Shown here: in pieces, positions 40,065-50,691 of the stretch | How the letters are laid out: every line of letters starts with the position of its first letter | Position numbering within the stretch: position 1 is the first letter of the stretch | Virus record (IMG/VR): IMGVR_UViG_3300012931_000759 | Span: 1 to 64,000 of that record | Reading direction: 5' to 3' (one strand) | Length of the DNA: 64,000 nt | Made by a program: the position numbers and the translations under genes | Notes under the pieces: model-generated | The model's input: the letters and a program-made list of their open reading frames with translations, nothing else | The model's database searches: none | Told to the model about the DNA's origin: nothing

Positions 40065-40508
40065 ATGGGAAGATCAACAGCTATAACGCGTTTCACGAAA
40101 CTGTCCCCGGATGGGCGGCAGCCGCAATACGCAACCAACGAGTCGGCCGGGGTCGATCTTGTCAGCGTAGAAGAGATAACCCTTCTTCCCGGCGAGCGCA
40201 AGCTGGTCGGCACTGGAATAGCCGTGGAGTTCCATGGGGGCTTTGCGCTCCTGATTTGTCCGCGCTCGGGATTGGCGCTACAGCACGGTGTGACAGTTCT
40301 GAATGCTCCAGGGGTTGTCGACTCGGATTATAGGGGCGAAGTTAAGGTCCTGCTTATCAATCTTGGCAACTCGCCATATGTGATCAAGTCAGGCGACAGA
40401 GTCGCCCAGGGGGTCCTGGTCCAGATAGCCAAGGGCACCTGGAAAGAGGAGGATCTTCTCAGCGACACCGGACGCGGATCCGGAGGTTTTGGATGTACGG
40501 GGAGATAA
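40065..40508 (+). CDS. dut: dUTPase
   Basis: SAGVDL, PRSGLA, GVVDSDYRGEV, GDRVAQ, RGSGGFG. Confidence 0.96.
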   Translation: MGRSTAITRFTKLSPDGRQPQYATNESAGVDLVSVEEITLLPGERKLVGTGIAVEFHGGFALLICPRSGLALQHGVTVLNAPGVVDSDYRGEVKVLLINLGNSPYVIKSGDRVAQGVLVQIAKGTWKEEDLLSDTGRGSGGFGCTGR

Positions 40509-40512
40509 GCTA

Positions 40513-40908
40513 ATGAACAGAAAGGCATCTATTGTCCTGGGTATCATAGGATTGGTGGCATTTAGCATTGCGATCGTACTGGGTATGTCGTCCTGCTACT
40601 CGGAAGAGAAGCTCGAGAGACAGGAAATCCTGCTCTCATTTCCGGAGATTTCGTCAATGACCGTGGGTCAGACGCATCCATTCTCTGTGGGTTTGAACCT
40701 GCCAGCGGAGGGCATTGAATCGATGTCCGCGCAGAGCGTGTCCGGCAACTTTATGGTTCGGCCAGAATCACAGTTGCTGTCGAAAGGCCAGGATAATCTC
40801 GTTTTCAATCTCAAAGCCCTTCGGCCGGGCGACGACAAGATTATGTTCTGTCTAGACCAGCTGCTGTGCGAGACTCTGCCGGTCAGGGTGTTCACCCAAC
40901 CAGAGTAA
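40513..40908 (+). CDS. Putative lipoprotein/secreted protein
   Basis: N-terminal hydrophobic segment ending MSSC. Confidence 0.55.
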   Translation: MNRKASIVLGIIGLVAFSIAIVLGMSSCYSEEKLERQEILLSFPEISSMTVGQTHPFSVGLNLPAEGIESMSAQSVSGNFMVRPESQLLSKGQDNLVFNLKALRPGDDKIMFCLDQLLCETLPVRVFTQPE

Positions 40909-40917
40909 GAGAGCCAT

Positions 40918-41154
40918 GTGGCTATTTATTCCATCAATGTCCTGTTCCTCTGCTCCGGAATCGGAGGGCTCAAATTCGGGATCAGGCTTGCCGAGTCAGC
41001 ATGCGCCGCAGATCATAAACCCAGATCTAACGGCCTGCCTTTGGAGTTCATCGTGTACAAAATTGTAGAGGTTGAGGCCTGCGCAAGAAGTTTGGACTTG
41101 ATCGGAAAGTACAAGTTTTCCTCAACATACACGTATTGTACTAACAATGCCTGA
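40918..41154 (+). pseudogene. Remnant of a DNA cytosine methyltransferase N-terminus
   Basis: INVLFLCSGIGGLKFGIRLA (motif I) with no downstream motifs. Confidence 0.45.
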
Positions 41155-43075
41155 CTACATTGACGACATCTTCGGCCCACATGGGGTGATGTCCAAGGCG
41201 TTCGAGGGATATGAGCCACGTCCAGGCCAGATGGTTCTAGCACGAGCAGTAGACCGGGTTTTCGTAGATGGCCGACATCTTATGATTGAGGGACCAACAG
41301 GCATTGGTAAAAGTTTAGCCTATTGTGTTCCTGCTATCTACCACGCTGTCGCGAATGGTCGGCGTGTTGCCGTCGTCACGGCTAATATCGCCCTTCAAGA
41401 GCAGCTACACACCAAAGATCTCCCGATGCTGGAAAAGCTGCTTCCGTGGCGGTTCAAGCATTCCCTGATCAAGGGGCGCAGTAACTACCTCTGTATCGAC
41501 AGGTGGCAGAACGAATCCGCCGGTAGCGGCCTGAAGAACCGCAGGGCGAAGAAGGACAGGGACCAGTACCGAGCCATTATGTCCTGGGCGCGACGCACCG
41601 GGAGTGGCGACATGTCGGAACTCAGTTTCGTTCCCCAGCCAGCCGTATGGCATCTGTTCTCATCCACCAGCGACGAATGTAAAGGCCAAGACTGCCGGAG
41701 TCATTTCGACTGCTTCGCCGAACGGGCCCACAAGGAGGCGGCCGGTTCCCACGTGTTCGTCACGAATTACCATCTTCTGTTCGCGCACCTACAGGTCCGA
41801 ATGAGAACCGGAAAGGACCTGATCCTGCCGGAGTTCGACACAGTAGTGTGCGACGAGGCCCACAAGGCTGCGGACATAGCGAGGGATTTCTTCGGATTCA
41901 GGATCGTGGAAGGAAGTATCCGCTTTGTCTCTCGACTCCTTGGCAAGCTGGGGATGAATAGCGAATACGACGCCATCGATTCCTTGTCCATCGAGTTCTT
42001 CGGCGACCTCAAGAGGTTCAGGAGATCCGGAGGGTATCGCATCCGATTCAGGAGTTCGCCGCCAATCCAGTCGTGGCAGCCCCTCCGGGACGCCATGCTC
42101 GACATCAGATCCAAGTTCATCTCGCAGGCTTTCGGGATCACGGACACAGGCAAGGCGGACGAGAAGGCTGCCCTGATGCGCGCAGCCGCCACAGCTGGCA
42201 AACTGGCGGAGAACCTCGAATCCGCCATGACGATGGCTGACCCGGAAATGGTGTACTATATCGAGGAGAACACCGATGGTTCCATTGCCCTGATGGGCAA
42301 GCCGGTGTTTGTGGCACCGCTTCTCGCGTCCGAGCTGTTCGCAAAAACCCGAAGCGTGGTGGCTACCTCTGCAACTTTGGCGGTCGGGGGCAGATTCTCG
42401 CATACCATTAGCGAACTTGGGATGCCAGATCCGATGACGCTCGCTGTGGATAGTCCGTTCGATTTCAAGAAGCAGGCGATTCTGGTGATCCCAGAGGGCA
42501 TGCCGGGTGCGACAGACTCCGGATTTCCCAAAGCAGTGGCCAAGGCTGTCGAGCAGACGATCAACCTGGCAGATGGGCGGACCCTGTGCCTATTCACATC
42601 CTACAAAAATCTTGAGGAGGCCTGGAGACATGTGTTGTCGGATCCGAAGCATAAGATCTTAAAGCAAGGGGACAAGCCGCGCACCACGCTGATTGAGGAG
42701 TTCAAGAACGATATCCATTCCGTCCTACTAGGGACAGAATCATTCTGGGCCGGGGTCGATGTGCCTGGTGAGGCTCTGTCGTGCGTTATCATGGACAGAT
42801 TGCCGTTCCAGACCCCGGATGATCCGGTGCTCAACGCCATATCGGATAGGGACGAGGACTGGTTTATGAACTACAGCGTCCCGAAGGCCGTCATAGCATT
42901 TAAGCAGGGATTCGGACGACTCATTAGACGCGTCACGGATCGCGGAGTTGTGGTTCTGCTCGACCGTAGAATTGTCACCAAGAACTACGGGCGCAGTTTC
43001 CTTCTTAGCATACCAGATGTGCGCCGAAGCAAAAAATTGGAAAGTATCAAGGTTTTCCTGGATAAGGAAACCTAG
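41147..43075 (+). CDS. DinG/YoaA-family ATP-dependent helicase
   Basis: RPGQ, GPTGIGKS, KGRSNYLC, DEAH, TSATL, SPF, FWAGVDVPG, KQGFGRLIR. Confidence 0.95.
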   Translation: MPDYIDDIFGPHGVMSKAFEGYEPRPGQMVLARAVDRVFVDGRHLMIEGPTGIGKSLAYCVPAIYHAVANGRRVAVVTANIALQEQLHTKDLPMLEKLLPWRFKHSLIKGRSNYLCIDRWQNESAGSGLKNRRAKKDRDQYRAIMSWARRTGSGDMSELSFVPQPAVWHLFSSTSDECKGQDCRSHFDCFAERAHKEAAGSHVFVTNYHLLFAHLQVRMRTGKDLILPEFDTVVCDEAHKAADIARDFFGFRIVEGSIRFVSRLLGKLGMNSEYDAIDSLSIEFFGDLKRFRRSGGYRIRFRSSPPIQSWQPLRDAMLDIRSKFISQAFGITDTGKADEKAALMRAAATAGKLAENLESAMTMADPEMVYYIEENTDGSIALMGKPVFVAPLLASELFAKTRSVVATSATLAVGGRFSHTISELGMPDPMTLAVDSPFDFKKQAILVIPEGMPGATDSGFPKAVAKAVEQTINLADGRTLCLFTSYKNLEEAWRHVLSDPKHKILKQGDKPRTTLIEEFKNDIHSVLLGTESFWAGVDVPGEALSCVIMDRLPFQTPDDPVLNAISDRDEDWFMNYSVPKAVIAFKQGFGRLIRRVTDRGVVVLLDRRIVTKNYGRSFLLSIPDVRRSKKLESIKVFLDKET

Positions 43076-43122
43076 ACAGGTGTGGACGAACGCAATAAGT
43101 TTACACCGGAAGGTTTTGCCAA

Positions 43123-44742
43123 ATGTCGAAAATTGTCAAGTACGACGATGAAGCACGCCAACTGATCAAGAGCGGCGTGGACAAGCTCGCAAACGCCGTG
43201 AAGGTTACGCTCGGCCCAAAGGGCCGAAATGTCCTGCTACGCAGGGAATACGGCATGTCACACGTCACAAAGGATGGGGTGACCATTGCCAAGGAGATCA
43301 CTCTACGCGACCAGTTCGAGGACATGGGTGCACAGATGGTGAAGCACGCAGCCCAGACCACATGCGACGAGGCTGGGGACGGCACGACCACCGCAGCTCT
43401 GCTGAGCCAGGCCATCTACGCCAGCGGGTTGAAGCTGATGGCGGCTGGACACAATCCAATGGATCTGAAGCGCGGCATCGACAAAGCTGTCACCAAGGTG
43501 GTCGAAACTCTCGGCGGCCTCGCGCAAGAGACCAGGGATCCGAAATTGATTGCGCAGGTTGGCACAATCAGTGCCAACGGCGACACTACGATCGGCGGCC
43601 TTATCGCACAGGCGATGGAGAAGGTGGGGCGCGACGGCGTCGTCACCATCGAAGAGGCCAAGGGGCTCGATACGACGCTCGAAGTGACCGAGGGCATGCG
43701 GTTCGACCGCGGCTATCTGTCCTCCTATTTCGTCAATGTGCCCGAACGCGCCGAAGCTGTGCTCGACAACTGCCTGGTCCTGATCAGCGCGAACCGGATC
43801 GACAACGTACAGGATCTGGTGGAGCTGCTCAACACCGTGGCGAACGCGCAGGCACCGCTGCTAATCCTGGCGGATGACGTGGGCGGCACCGCCCTGCCAG
43901 CCCTGGTGATCAACAAGATGCGCGGCCTGTTGAAGGTTTGCGCGGTGAAGGCACCCGGATTCGGAGACAGGCGGCTCGACATGCTGAAGGATATTGCCGT
44001 CCTCACCGGAGCCACTCTGTTCTCTGAGGAAACCGGGGTCAAAATTCCGACAGCTACCGTCGGCATGCTTGGAAGGGCTGAGAAGGTCGTGATTACCAGG
44101 AACCACACGACCATCATCGGCGGCATGGGCACCAAGGAGGCCATCCGGGAGAGGATCGAGCAGGTGAAGCTCGACATCGAGCAGGCCACGAGCGAGTGGG
44201 ACAAGGGCAAGGCCCGCGAGCGCCTGGCCAAGCTGCTTGGGGGAGTGGCCGTGGTGCGTGTCGGAGCGCCGACCGAGGCCGAGATGAAGGAGAAGAAGGA
44301 CCGGGTCGAGGACGCCATGAACGCCACCAAGGCGGCCGTCGAGGAGGGTATCGTCCCTGGCGGCGGCGTGGCCCTGCTCCGCTGCTCCAAGTCCGTGGCC
44401 GACTTCATCGGGTCGCTGCCGGAAGTCGAACAGGCGGGAGCCCGCGTCATCCTGGAGGCCCTGCGGGCCCCGCTGAGGCAGATCGCGGCCAATGCCGGCG
44501 AGAGCCCCGACATGGTTGTCGCCACGGTTGATGGCGAGGTTCCGAACTATGGTTGGAACGCCGCCACCGGAGAGTATGTGGACATGATGGAGGTCGGCAT
44601 CATCGACCCGAAGAAGGTCGTGCGCTGTGCGCTCCAGAACGCCGCCAGTGTGGCGGGCCTGCTGCTGACCACCGAAGCGATGGTTGCGGACGATCCGGAC
44701 GAGGAGAAGCCGAAAGGCGGCCCCCCGCAGATGGGGATGTAG
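43123..44742 (+). CDS. groL: Chaperonin GroEL
   Basis: VTLGPKGRNV, GDGTTTA, GMRFDRGY, KAPGFGDRR, EGIVPGGG. Confidence 0.98.
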   Translation: MSKIVKYDDEARQLIKSGVDKLANAVKVTLGPKGRNVLLRREYGMSHVTKDGVTIAKEITLRDQFEDMGAQMVKHAAQTTCDEAGDGTTTAALLSQAIYASGLKLMAAGHNPMDLKRGIDKAVTKVVETLGGLAQETRDPKLIAQVGTISANGDTTIGGLIAQAMEKVGRDGVVTIEEAKGLDTTLEVTEGMRFDRGYLSSYFVNVPERAEAVLDNCLVLISANRIDNVQDLVELLNTVANAQAPLLILADDVGGTALPALVINKMRGLLKVCAVKAPGFGDRRLDMLKDIAVLTGATLFSEETGVKIPTATVGMLGRAEKVVITRNHTTIIGGMGTKEAIRERIEQVKLDIEQATSEWDKGKARERLAKLLGGVAVVRVGAPTEAEMKEKKDRVEDAMNATKAAVEEGIVPGGGVALLRCSKSVADFIGSLPEVEQAGARVILEALRAPLRQIAANAGESPDMVVATVDGEVPNYGWNAATGEYVDMMEVGIIDPKKVVRCALQNAASVAGLLLTTEAMVADDPDEEKPKGGPPQMGM

Positions 44743-44819
44743 GAAAATTCCCGTAATGTTGCGTACTGGTGTCCTTCATTTCTATCAATCTGGCATAATG
44801 ATTGACGGAGGTGAAGCAC

Positions 44820-45762
44820 ATGGAAAGGACAGAAAAAGGAAAGTTCTCCAAACAGTTTGAGATCAATAGGGAGTTGTTGATGTCATACTGTGTAGAAGGT
44901 CTATCTCAGAACAGAATTGCGCAACTTTTGGGGTGTTCGCAAGCGCTCATAAGCAAACTTTTCAAGAAGTTTGTGATCCTGACCAGAAGGAATTTCAAAC
45001 CTCACGATGCCGTGGTTCTAACCGATGCTCAGAACGACATCCTGTTTGGCATCCTTCTTGGCGATGGGCATCTGACTGCTAGGAAAAGTGGGAACAGTCA
45101 ACTGTCGTACCTGTCGCATCTTGAGGCGCACTCCAAATACGTCGGGAGTTTTTTTTGAGGACATCTTGACGCCAGAAACAAGATGGGCACCCAAACACTC
45201 TTGCGTTTTTGACCAGAGGACAGGTCGGGCGTACCACCAATACCGCATACGGACACAGAACAATCCGACTTTTTCTGCGCTTCGCCAGAAATGGTACCGC
45301 AATGGCAGGAAAATCGTGCCAGCAGATCTTGTGTTGAACAGCCGTATCTGTTTATTCTGGTACATGGACGATGGCGGTCTTGTGAACACAAACGGCGGAC
45401 AGGAGATCAAACTGTCAACTCATGGTTTTCTGCGGGAAGAGTTGGAAAAAGTGTTGGCGCCTCAACTGGTCGCTTTCTCTCCGCGACTACAGAAAGAGAC
45501 GACCACGACCGGCTCGGAACAGTTCTCAATCAGGATCCCGAGGGGCAAAATATCGAAGTTCCTGTTGTTTGTTGGGGATTGTCCGGTTGAGGAACTCCGC
45601 TACAAATGGCGGTTCAAACCATACAAAAGACCGTCGCTGGCTGATCCCAATTTTGCCAGAACGATTAAGACCTTGTATGCCAACGGGCTCTCGAAAACAG
45701 ATATTGCCGCACAGTTTGGCGTGTCTCGTGGATGTGTCTCGTACCATCTGAACGCACGGTGA
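44820..45762 (+). CDS. LAGLIDADG homing endonuclease with terminal HTH domains (frameshift at T8, 45149-45156)
   Basis: GILLGDGHL in the first frame, WYMDDGG in the second. Confidence 0.8.
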
Positions 45763-45767
45763 AGCAA

Positions 45768-46575
45768 ATGAAAGACTCTTTAGGCAACCGCATGAAACAG
45801 TATGAGTCGTTGAGCGATATCTCCCTTATGCGTCGCACTCCCGTTTTGGTGCGTCTTTGATGGCAAGGGCTTCTCCAGGCTGACCAAGCGGCTCAAGCTC
45901 GACAAGCCGTTCGACATGTGGTTTCTGGACGCCATGGCCGACACGATGTTGGCCGTGGCGTCCCAGGTTCAGGGGTGCGTGGTTGGATACACGCAGTCAG
46001 ACGAGATCAGCCTCGTGCTGGTCAACCACCAGTCCATCGACACCGAGCCGTACTTCGGCAACCGCGTGCTGAAGATCGCAAGTGTCACAGCAAGCATGGC
46101 AACCGCCAGGTTTAACCGCTGGCTGCGCGTGCGCGACGAAAAGGCAGAGGCTTGCTTCGACTCCAGGGTGTTCACGGTGCCATCCGCCATGGAGGCTACG
46201 AATGCCCTGGTCTGGCGTCAACAGGACTGCGTGAGGAATTCGATCCAGTCGGCTGCATACTACGAGATCGGCGCATCAAAGGGACGCAAGACAACCCAAG
46301 GTATGATACATGGACTGGATACCTCGAAACTCCAAGAACTCCTGTTCCAGGAGGTCGGAATAAACTGGAGCACGAAATATCCGGCGGAGCTGAAAAGGGG
46401 AACTGTGGCGTACCGCAAACCGGTGGAGGTCGAGACACCAAACGGCAAAGCCGTCAGGATGTGCTGGATCAGGGAGGCGGCTCCAGTGTTCCAGTCGAAG
46501 GATGGAAGGGCCTGGCTGCTGTCTCTGATGGAGACCGCGCCCAAAGACGGCAAGGAGCCGACCGATGGCGAGTGA
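45768..46575 (+). CDS. tRNA-His guanylyltransferase Thg1-like protein (frameshift near 45857)
   Basis: LGNRMKQYE...VRL[+t]DGKGFSRLT...YTQSDEISL...FDSRVF...WRQQDC.RNS. Confidence 0.88.
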
Positions 46576-47629
46576 GATGATCCAAAGGTTGGCGAGGCTG
46601 GTCGCCCATAGGGACGGGACCCTCCTGTACCCGAAAGGCGACGGCCGTGTCGAGATACCACACGGCATAGTCCGGTTCATGGGATGGAGTGATAAGTCCA
46701 CGGTGTGGATAGGCAGGAGTCCTGGGTGCCTCGTCCTCTCAAACGAAAGGCAGGACGATACCGTTGGGCGGGTGGCAGTGAGCATGGAACGGGTCAGGGT
46801 GCCGATGTCCATCCTGAAGTCCGCCGCGATGGGCGACGGTCCTGTGGTGGTGTCCATAGACCTATCTGGAATCATCGTGGTGCGCAGGCATCTGGAGGGA
46901 TCGGCCGATCTGGCGGATCTCGAGGGTGCGTTCGGGGAGGCCGGGGAGCCGGTCTGCCAACGGCTTCTCGGCATTCTGGGCAGCTACAGGCAGGCCATAG
47001 ATGCTGAAGAACAGCCCATCGCTACCGTGGTGACGCCAAAGCCAATCGGTGTCCCGCAATCCTTGACCGAGTGGAAGTACGATATCATCAACAACGGGAA
47101 ACCCAAGCTTTTCTTGATGAACATGAACAAGCCCACGATCATCAGAGTTGTCGGCATGCCGTTCGCGTTCCAAGCCCATTGGGTTCCAGCCCAAGACCAC
47201 ACAGCGGGCAGGATCGTGCCACATTCCGACGGATGTTCGCTGTGCAGCATAAGGGCCCCCGAACGCATGTCGCTTGTTCCCGTCATCAAGAAATCTGATG
47301 GGCGTTCCGAGCACGGTTTCCTCCTGGCGCAGGAGGACCTGCGTTCGAAGATAGCCAGTCGGTTGGCTGGTAGGAACCCAACAGATTTTGATCTTGTTCT
47401 GTACTTTGCGCCCTTTCAGGATGGGATGTGCTCGGTGTACATAGTCCCTCCGGAAGTGCTGCCGGACGATCTTGTCAAGCTGGCGCAAGCAGCTTGCGCC
47501 GATCCAGATGGGTTCGTGGCGGAGACGTTTGGAAGCGATCCGCCGGAGGGGCGCCCGGCAAGGGCGCCAATGTTCATTGTCGAGGGGCATTTTGCCGAAG
47601 ACGCTAAACCCCGCAACCTTGCGAAGTGA
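46565..47629 (+). CDS. Hypothetical protein
   Basis: 354-aa ORF; AHW...CSLC. Confidence 0.6.
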   Translation: MASEMIQRLARLVAHRDGTLLYPKGDGRVEIPHGIVRFMGWSDKSTVWIGRSPGCLVLSNERQDDTVGRVAVSMERVRVPMSILKSAAMGDGPVVVSIDLSGIIVVRRHLEGSADLADLEGAFGEAGEPVCQRLLGILGSYRQAIDAEEQPIATVVTPKPIGVPQSLTEWKYDIINNGKPKLFLMNMNKPTIIRVVGMPFAFQAHWVPAQDHTAGRIVPHSDGCSLCSIRAPERMSLVPVIKKSDGRSEHGFLLAQEDLRSKIASRLAGRNPTDFDLVLYFAPFQDGMCSVYIVPPEVLPDDLVKLAQAACADPDGFVAETFGSDPPEGRPARAPMFIVEGHFAEDAKPRNLAK

Positions 47630-48159
47630 GCATGCGCGATTTCAAAAACCAGAATTATCCGCCTGAGAGGGCGATCAGGACGAGGACAGTACTACTGATC
47701 GATGCTAAGGGAAAGAACCTTGGTATTGTGGACACACGAGATGCGTATCGCATGGCAGAGTCCGCTGAGCTGGATCTGGTCCAGATCGGCGACGGAAAAA
47801 ACGGTGTCCCGGTCTGTAAGATAATGGACCACGGCAAGTGGAAATACGAGCAGTCCAAAAAGCGTAAAGCGACAAAAGCAGTCCAGCAATTGACCAAAGA
47901 ACTGAAGATTAGGCCGAACACCAGCGAGCACGATCTCAAGTACCGCGCTGAGCAGGCCGCGTCGTTCCTTACGGATGGAGACCGGGTCAAGGTCTTGGTA
48001 AGGTTCAAGGGTAGGGAGCGAACCCACATGACTAACACCGGCAAGCAGGTCATGGAGAAATTCCTGGCGATGCTCGACCCAACTAAGTACAAGGTTGAAA
48101 AGCCGGTAGAGATCGGGGAGAGAGACATATCCTTGACCCTAATTCCGGTGAAACAATGA
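47626..48159 (+). CDS. infC: Translation initiation factor IF-3
   Basis: LDLVQI, PVCKIMDHGKWKYE, KELKIRP, GDRVKV.VRFKGRE. Confidence 0.93.
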   Translation: MSMRDFKNQNYPPERAIRTRTVLLIDAKGKNLGIVDTRDAYRMAESAELDLVQIGDGKNGVPVCKIMDHGKWKYEQSKKRKATKAVQQLTKELKIRPNTSEHDLKYRAEQAASFLTDGDRVKVLVRFKGRERTHMTNTGKQVMEKFLAMLDPTKYKVEKPVEIGERDISLTLIPVKQ

Positions 48160-48662
48160 TTGTCACAGACCAGGCAGAACTCAGGAAGCCGAACGAGCTA
48201 GCTTCGTCCGACGAGGCAATCGGCATCATTACCAAACTTGAGCATGAACTTGCCACGTCCTCTCGGCTTGGTATTGGACTGGCAGCTCCACAAATTGGTG
48301 TACACAAGCGCGTTGCCATCATACGCACAAAGGAACATTTAATCGACCTCGTAAATCCCATCATATTCGACATGGAGCATGGAATACTCGTCAAGAATGA
48401 GGGATGCCTAAGTATGCCTGGGATGTCGGTCGATACGTGGAGATTCAGTGAGATCCTCTTCAGGTGCGATGGAAATCCAGCTGGCGTCGTGGCAACTGGG
48501 CTTGAAGCTGTTGCTATACAGCATGAGATAGATCATCTAGATTGTATGTTAATGGTTGATCGGGCCATCCGAGGTGGCGTTGGGAGAAATGACCCATGCC
48601 CTTGTGGTAAACATACAGATACTGGAAAACCGGTCAAGTTCAAAAAATGTCACGGACGTTGA
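48156..48662 (+). CDS. def: Peptide deformylase with C-terminal SEC-C motif
   Basis: GIGLAAPQIG, EGCLS, QHEIDHL; GRNDPCPCG...KFKKCHG. Confidence 0.93.
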   Translation: MIVTDQAELRKPNELASSDEAIGIITKLEHELATSSRLGIGLAAPQIGVHKRVAIIRTKEHLIDLVNPIIFDMEHGILVKNEGCLSMPGMSVDTWRFSEILFRCDGNPAGVVATGLEAVAIQHEIDHLDCMLMVDRAIRGGVGRNDPCPCGKHTDTGKPVKFKKCHGR

Positions 48663-49097
48663 TTTTTATCAATAACCTGGCACAGATAGCAAAACTGGTG
48701 GGTTTACCGTGACAAAAAATGGAATGAATATTTGGAAGTAGCGACCAGCAAACAACTTTTTGTGGAGTTCTTCAAGGAGTCTCGATGAGGGAAAACACAC
48801 ATTCAAAAAAACAAGGGTTTAGTTGTCCGGTGTCCCTATATGTCCCGTGGTACTGGGGCTTAATCTACCAGGATTGCCCGGTTGTCCCGCATGAGCGAGA
48901 CAGCGACGAATGTAGGAACTGTCCGCTGAGGGGAATTACCGAGCATCGACGCAACAAAGACAGACCAAAGCGAGAGGATCACGATAGGGATCGAGACAAG
49001 AAACCTCATGGCCTACGGAAACAAGGTACGCACGGTGGCGAAAAGAAGGTCTTCGCGGGCTAAGATTGTGAGAAGAAAGTAAAACAGGAGTAGAAAA

Positions 49098-49337
49098 ATG
49101 AAAATTACCAATACCGTTCCGGGCCAGGTTGTGAAATTCACCGTCAAGGTGGAGCGGTCCAGCAAGGGCCAGTCGATTCAAGAGGTTGTACTGCGCGTAA
49201 CCGAGGTTGACGCGGCGTACATCAGAGGTGTAAATGTAAACAGGATTTTGGATGGAACCCAGGATACATTACCCTATCGCACCTACAAGGTGGCAAATAT
49301 TGTTGACGGAACCGTCTGGCTGAAGTTAGACGACTAA
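49098..49337 (+). CDS. Hypothetical protein
   Basis: AGGAG RBS. Confidence 0.6.
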   Translation: MKITNTVPGQVVKFTVKVERSSKGQSIQEVVLRVTEVDAAYIRGVNVNRILDGTQDTLPYRTYKVANIVDGTVWLKLDD

Positions 49338-49373
49338 ACTATCAATAATCGGACATACCCATTGGGCTTGGAG

Positions 49374-49403
49374 AGCGGCATCCAAAGGGGGCCGCTTTTT
49401 TTT
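49374..49403 (+). terminator. Rho-independent terminator
   Basis: AGCGGC...GCCGCT stem followed by a T-tract. Confidence 0.6.
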
Positions 49404-49430
49404 GCCCGATTCCACATCGGAGGTTTGCGG

Positions 49431-49712
49431 ATGTCTTCACTGCCAACAAACGGTCTCGTGCTGCTAAAATTCTGGGCTCCATGGTGCGGCCCCTGTAAAA
49501 CCATGGCTCCAGTCTTGGAATCGGCCCTAGAGAAGTTTGGGGATGTCCGGTTCGAGAGCGTCAATGTGGATGCCGATCCCACCCAAGCGGCCGAGATGAA
49601 CATCCGTTCTATCCCGACGCTTGTTCTGCTGAAAGATGGCGCCCCGGCCGGGAGGCTGGTTGGCGCCCACTCGCAGGAAGAGATCGAAACCTTCCTATCC
49701 AGCCACCGCTGA
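49431..49712 (+). CDS. trxA: Thioredoxin
   Basis: FWAPWCGPCK, IRSIPTL. Confidence 0.93.
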   Translation: MSSLPTNGLVLLKFWAPWCGPCKTMAPVLESALEKFGDVRFESVNVDADPTQAAEMNIRSIPTLVLLKDGAPAGRLVGAHSQEEIETFLSSHR

Positions 49713-49731
49713 GAGAAGCAAGGGGAAAAGC

Positions 49732-50691
49732 ATGTCCAGGTACCAGATCCCAGTCCTGGATTCGCTGGTTGTCGGCCATGTGAATCCTGATGGGGATTCC
49801 CTATCTTCTATCAAGGCCGTACTCAACCACCTTAGGGCCTGCGGGAAGACCGCCAAGGCCAAGGTCATCGGAAAGGTGCCGGATCACCTTGGTTGGATCC
49901 TGCCCGAGGAGGATTTGGCTGACGAGGGTTTTGCGGGAGAGCAGACGATTGTTCTGGATTGCGAGCCCACCAATGAACGCGTCGGTTTCCAGTTGTCTGG
50001 AAGCGTGGTAAACATAGACCACCATGAGACAAGAGAGGGCGACCACAATCCGAAGAACGGCACATATGTTCTCGACAGATGTTCCACAGCGGCCGCGCTC
50101 ATCATGGATTTCGGTGTGCTTGATGAGATTCTTCTGGTGGGGCTGTACACGGACACGCTGTTTATCCGTGGATGGAACGAACTCCAGAAGTGTTTCCGCA
50201 AAGTCAAGGTCTCTGACGAGCGCGCACACACTATCCTATCGGCATGTAGGCCAACTAGGGACAAGAAAGCGCTCCATGTCGTTCAGACCGCCAAACTACA
50301 CAGATGTCGCAATGGGTTCATCCTAGCGGAGACAGAGGAGAAGGACCAAGGGGTCATCTCTGAGGTGATGGAGACTCTGTTCAGGTACGCCGAAGGTGTG
50401 TGCCTGATAGATGGGAGCGGCAAGGCTAGGCTTCGCACATCCAACGAGAGCATAGACGTTGGGGCGATAGCGAAGATGTTCGGCGGCGGAGGCCACGCGT
50501 TCGCGTCGGGATGTGACGCAAACGGCAAACGCACAGCGCTGATGGCTGTAATCAAGCAACTCGAGGTCCCGCCAATGAGGCTCGACCACGAAGGCGAAGC
50601 CGACGACGAGCCCGACCAGAAACGCGCAAGCCATGCGCAGAAAGAAAGCAAGGAAGGCAAGACATGCGTGGAACCTGGAACACAGGACTGA
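49732..50691 (+). CDS. DHH/DHHA1 phosphoesterase (NrnA-like)
   Basis: GHVNPDGDS, VLDC, NIDHH, TDT, GGGGHAFASG. Confidence 0.9.
   Translation: MSRYQIPVLDSLVVGHVNPDGDSLSSIKAVLNHLRACGKTAKAKVIGKVPDHLGWILPEEDLADEGFAGEQTIVLDCEPTNERVGFQLSGSVVNIDHHETREGDHNPKNGTYVLDRCSTAAALIMDFGVLDEILLVGLYTDTLFIRGWNELQKCFRKVKVSDERAHTILSACRPTRDKKALHVVQTAKLHRCRNGFILAETEEKDQGVISEVMETLFRYAEGVCLIDGSGKARLRTSNESIDVGAIAKMFGGGGHAFASGCDANGKRTALMAVIKQLEVPPMRLDHEGEADDEPDQKRASHAQKESKEGKTCVEPGTQD

Noticed and set aside
43725-44525. Long antisense and alternate-frame ORFs (also 3227-4030, 3574-4539)
   Set aside because: Shadow ORFs of well-supported + strand genes in GC-rich DNA.
44742-45768. LAGLIDADG as an intron or intein in groEL or thg1
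   Set aside because: Both flanking genes are complete on either side, and no splice or intein motifs are visible; it appears free-standing.
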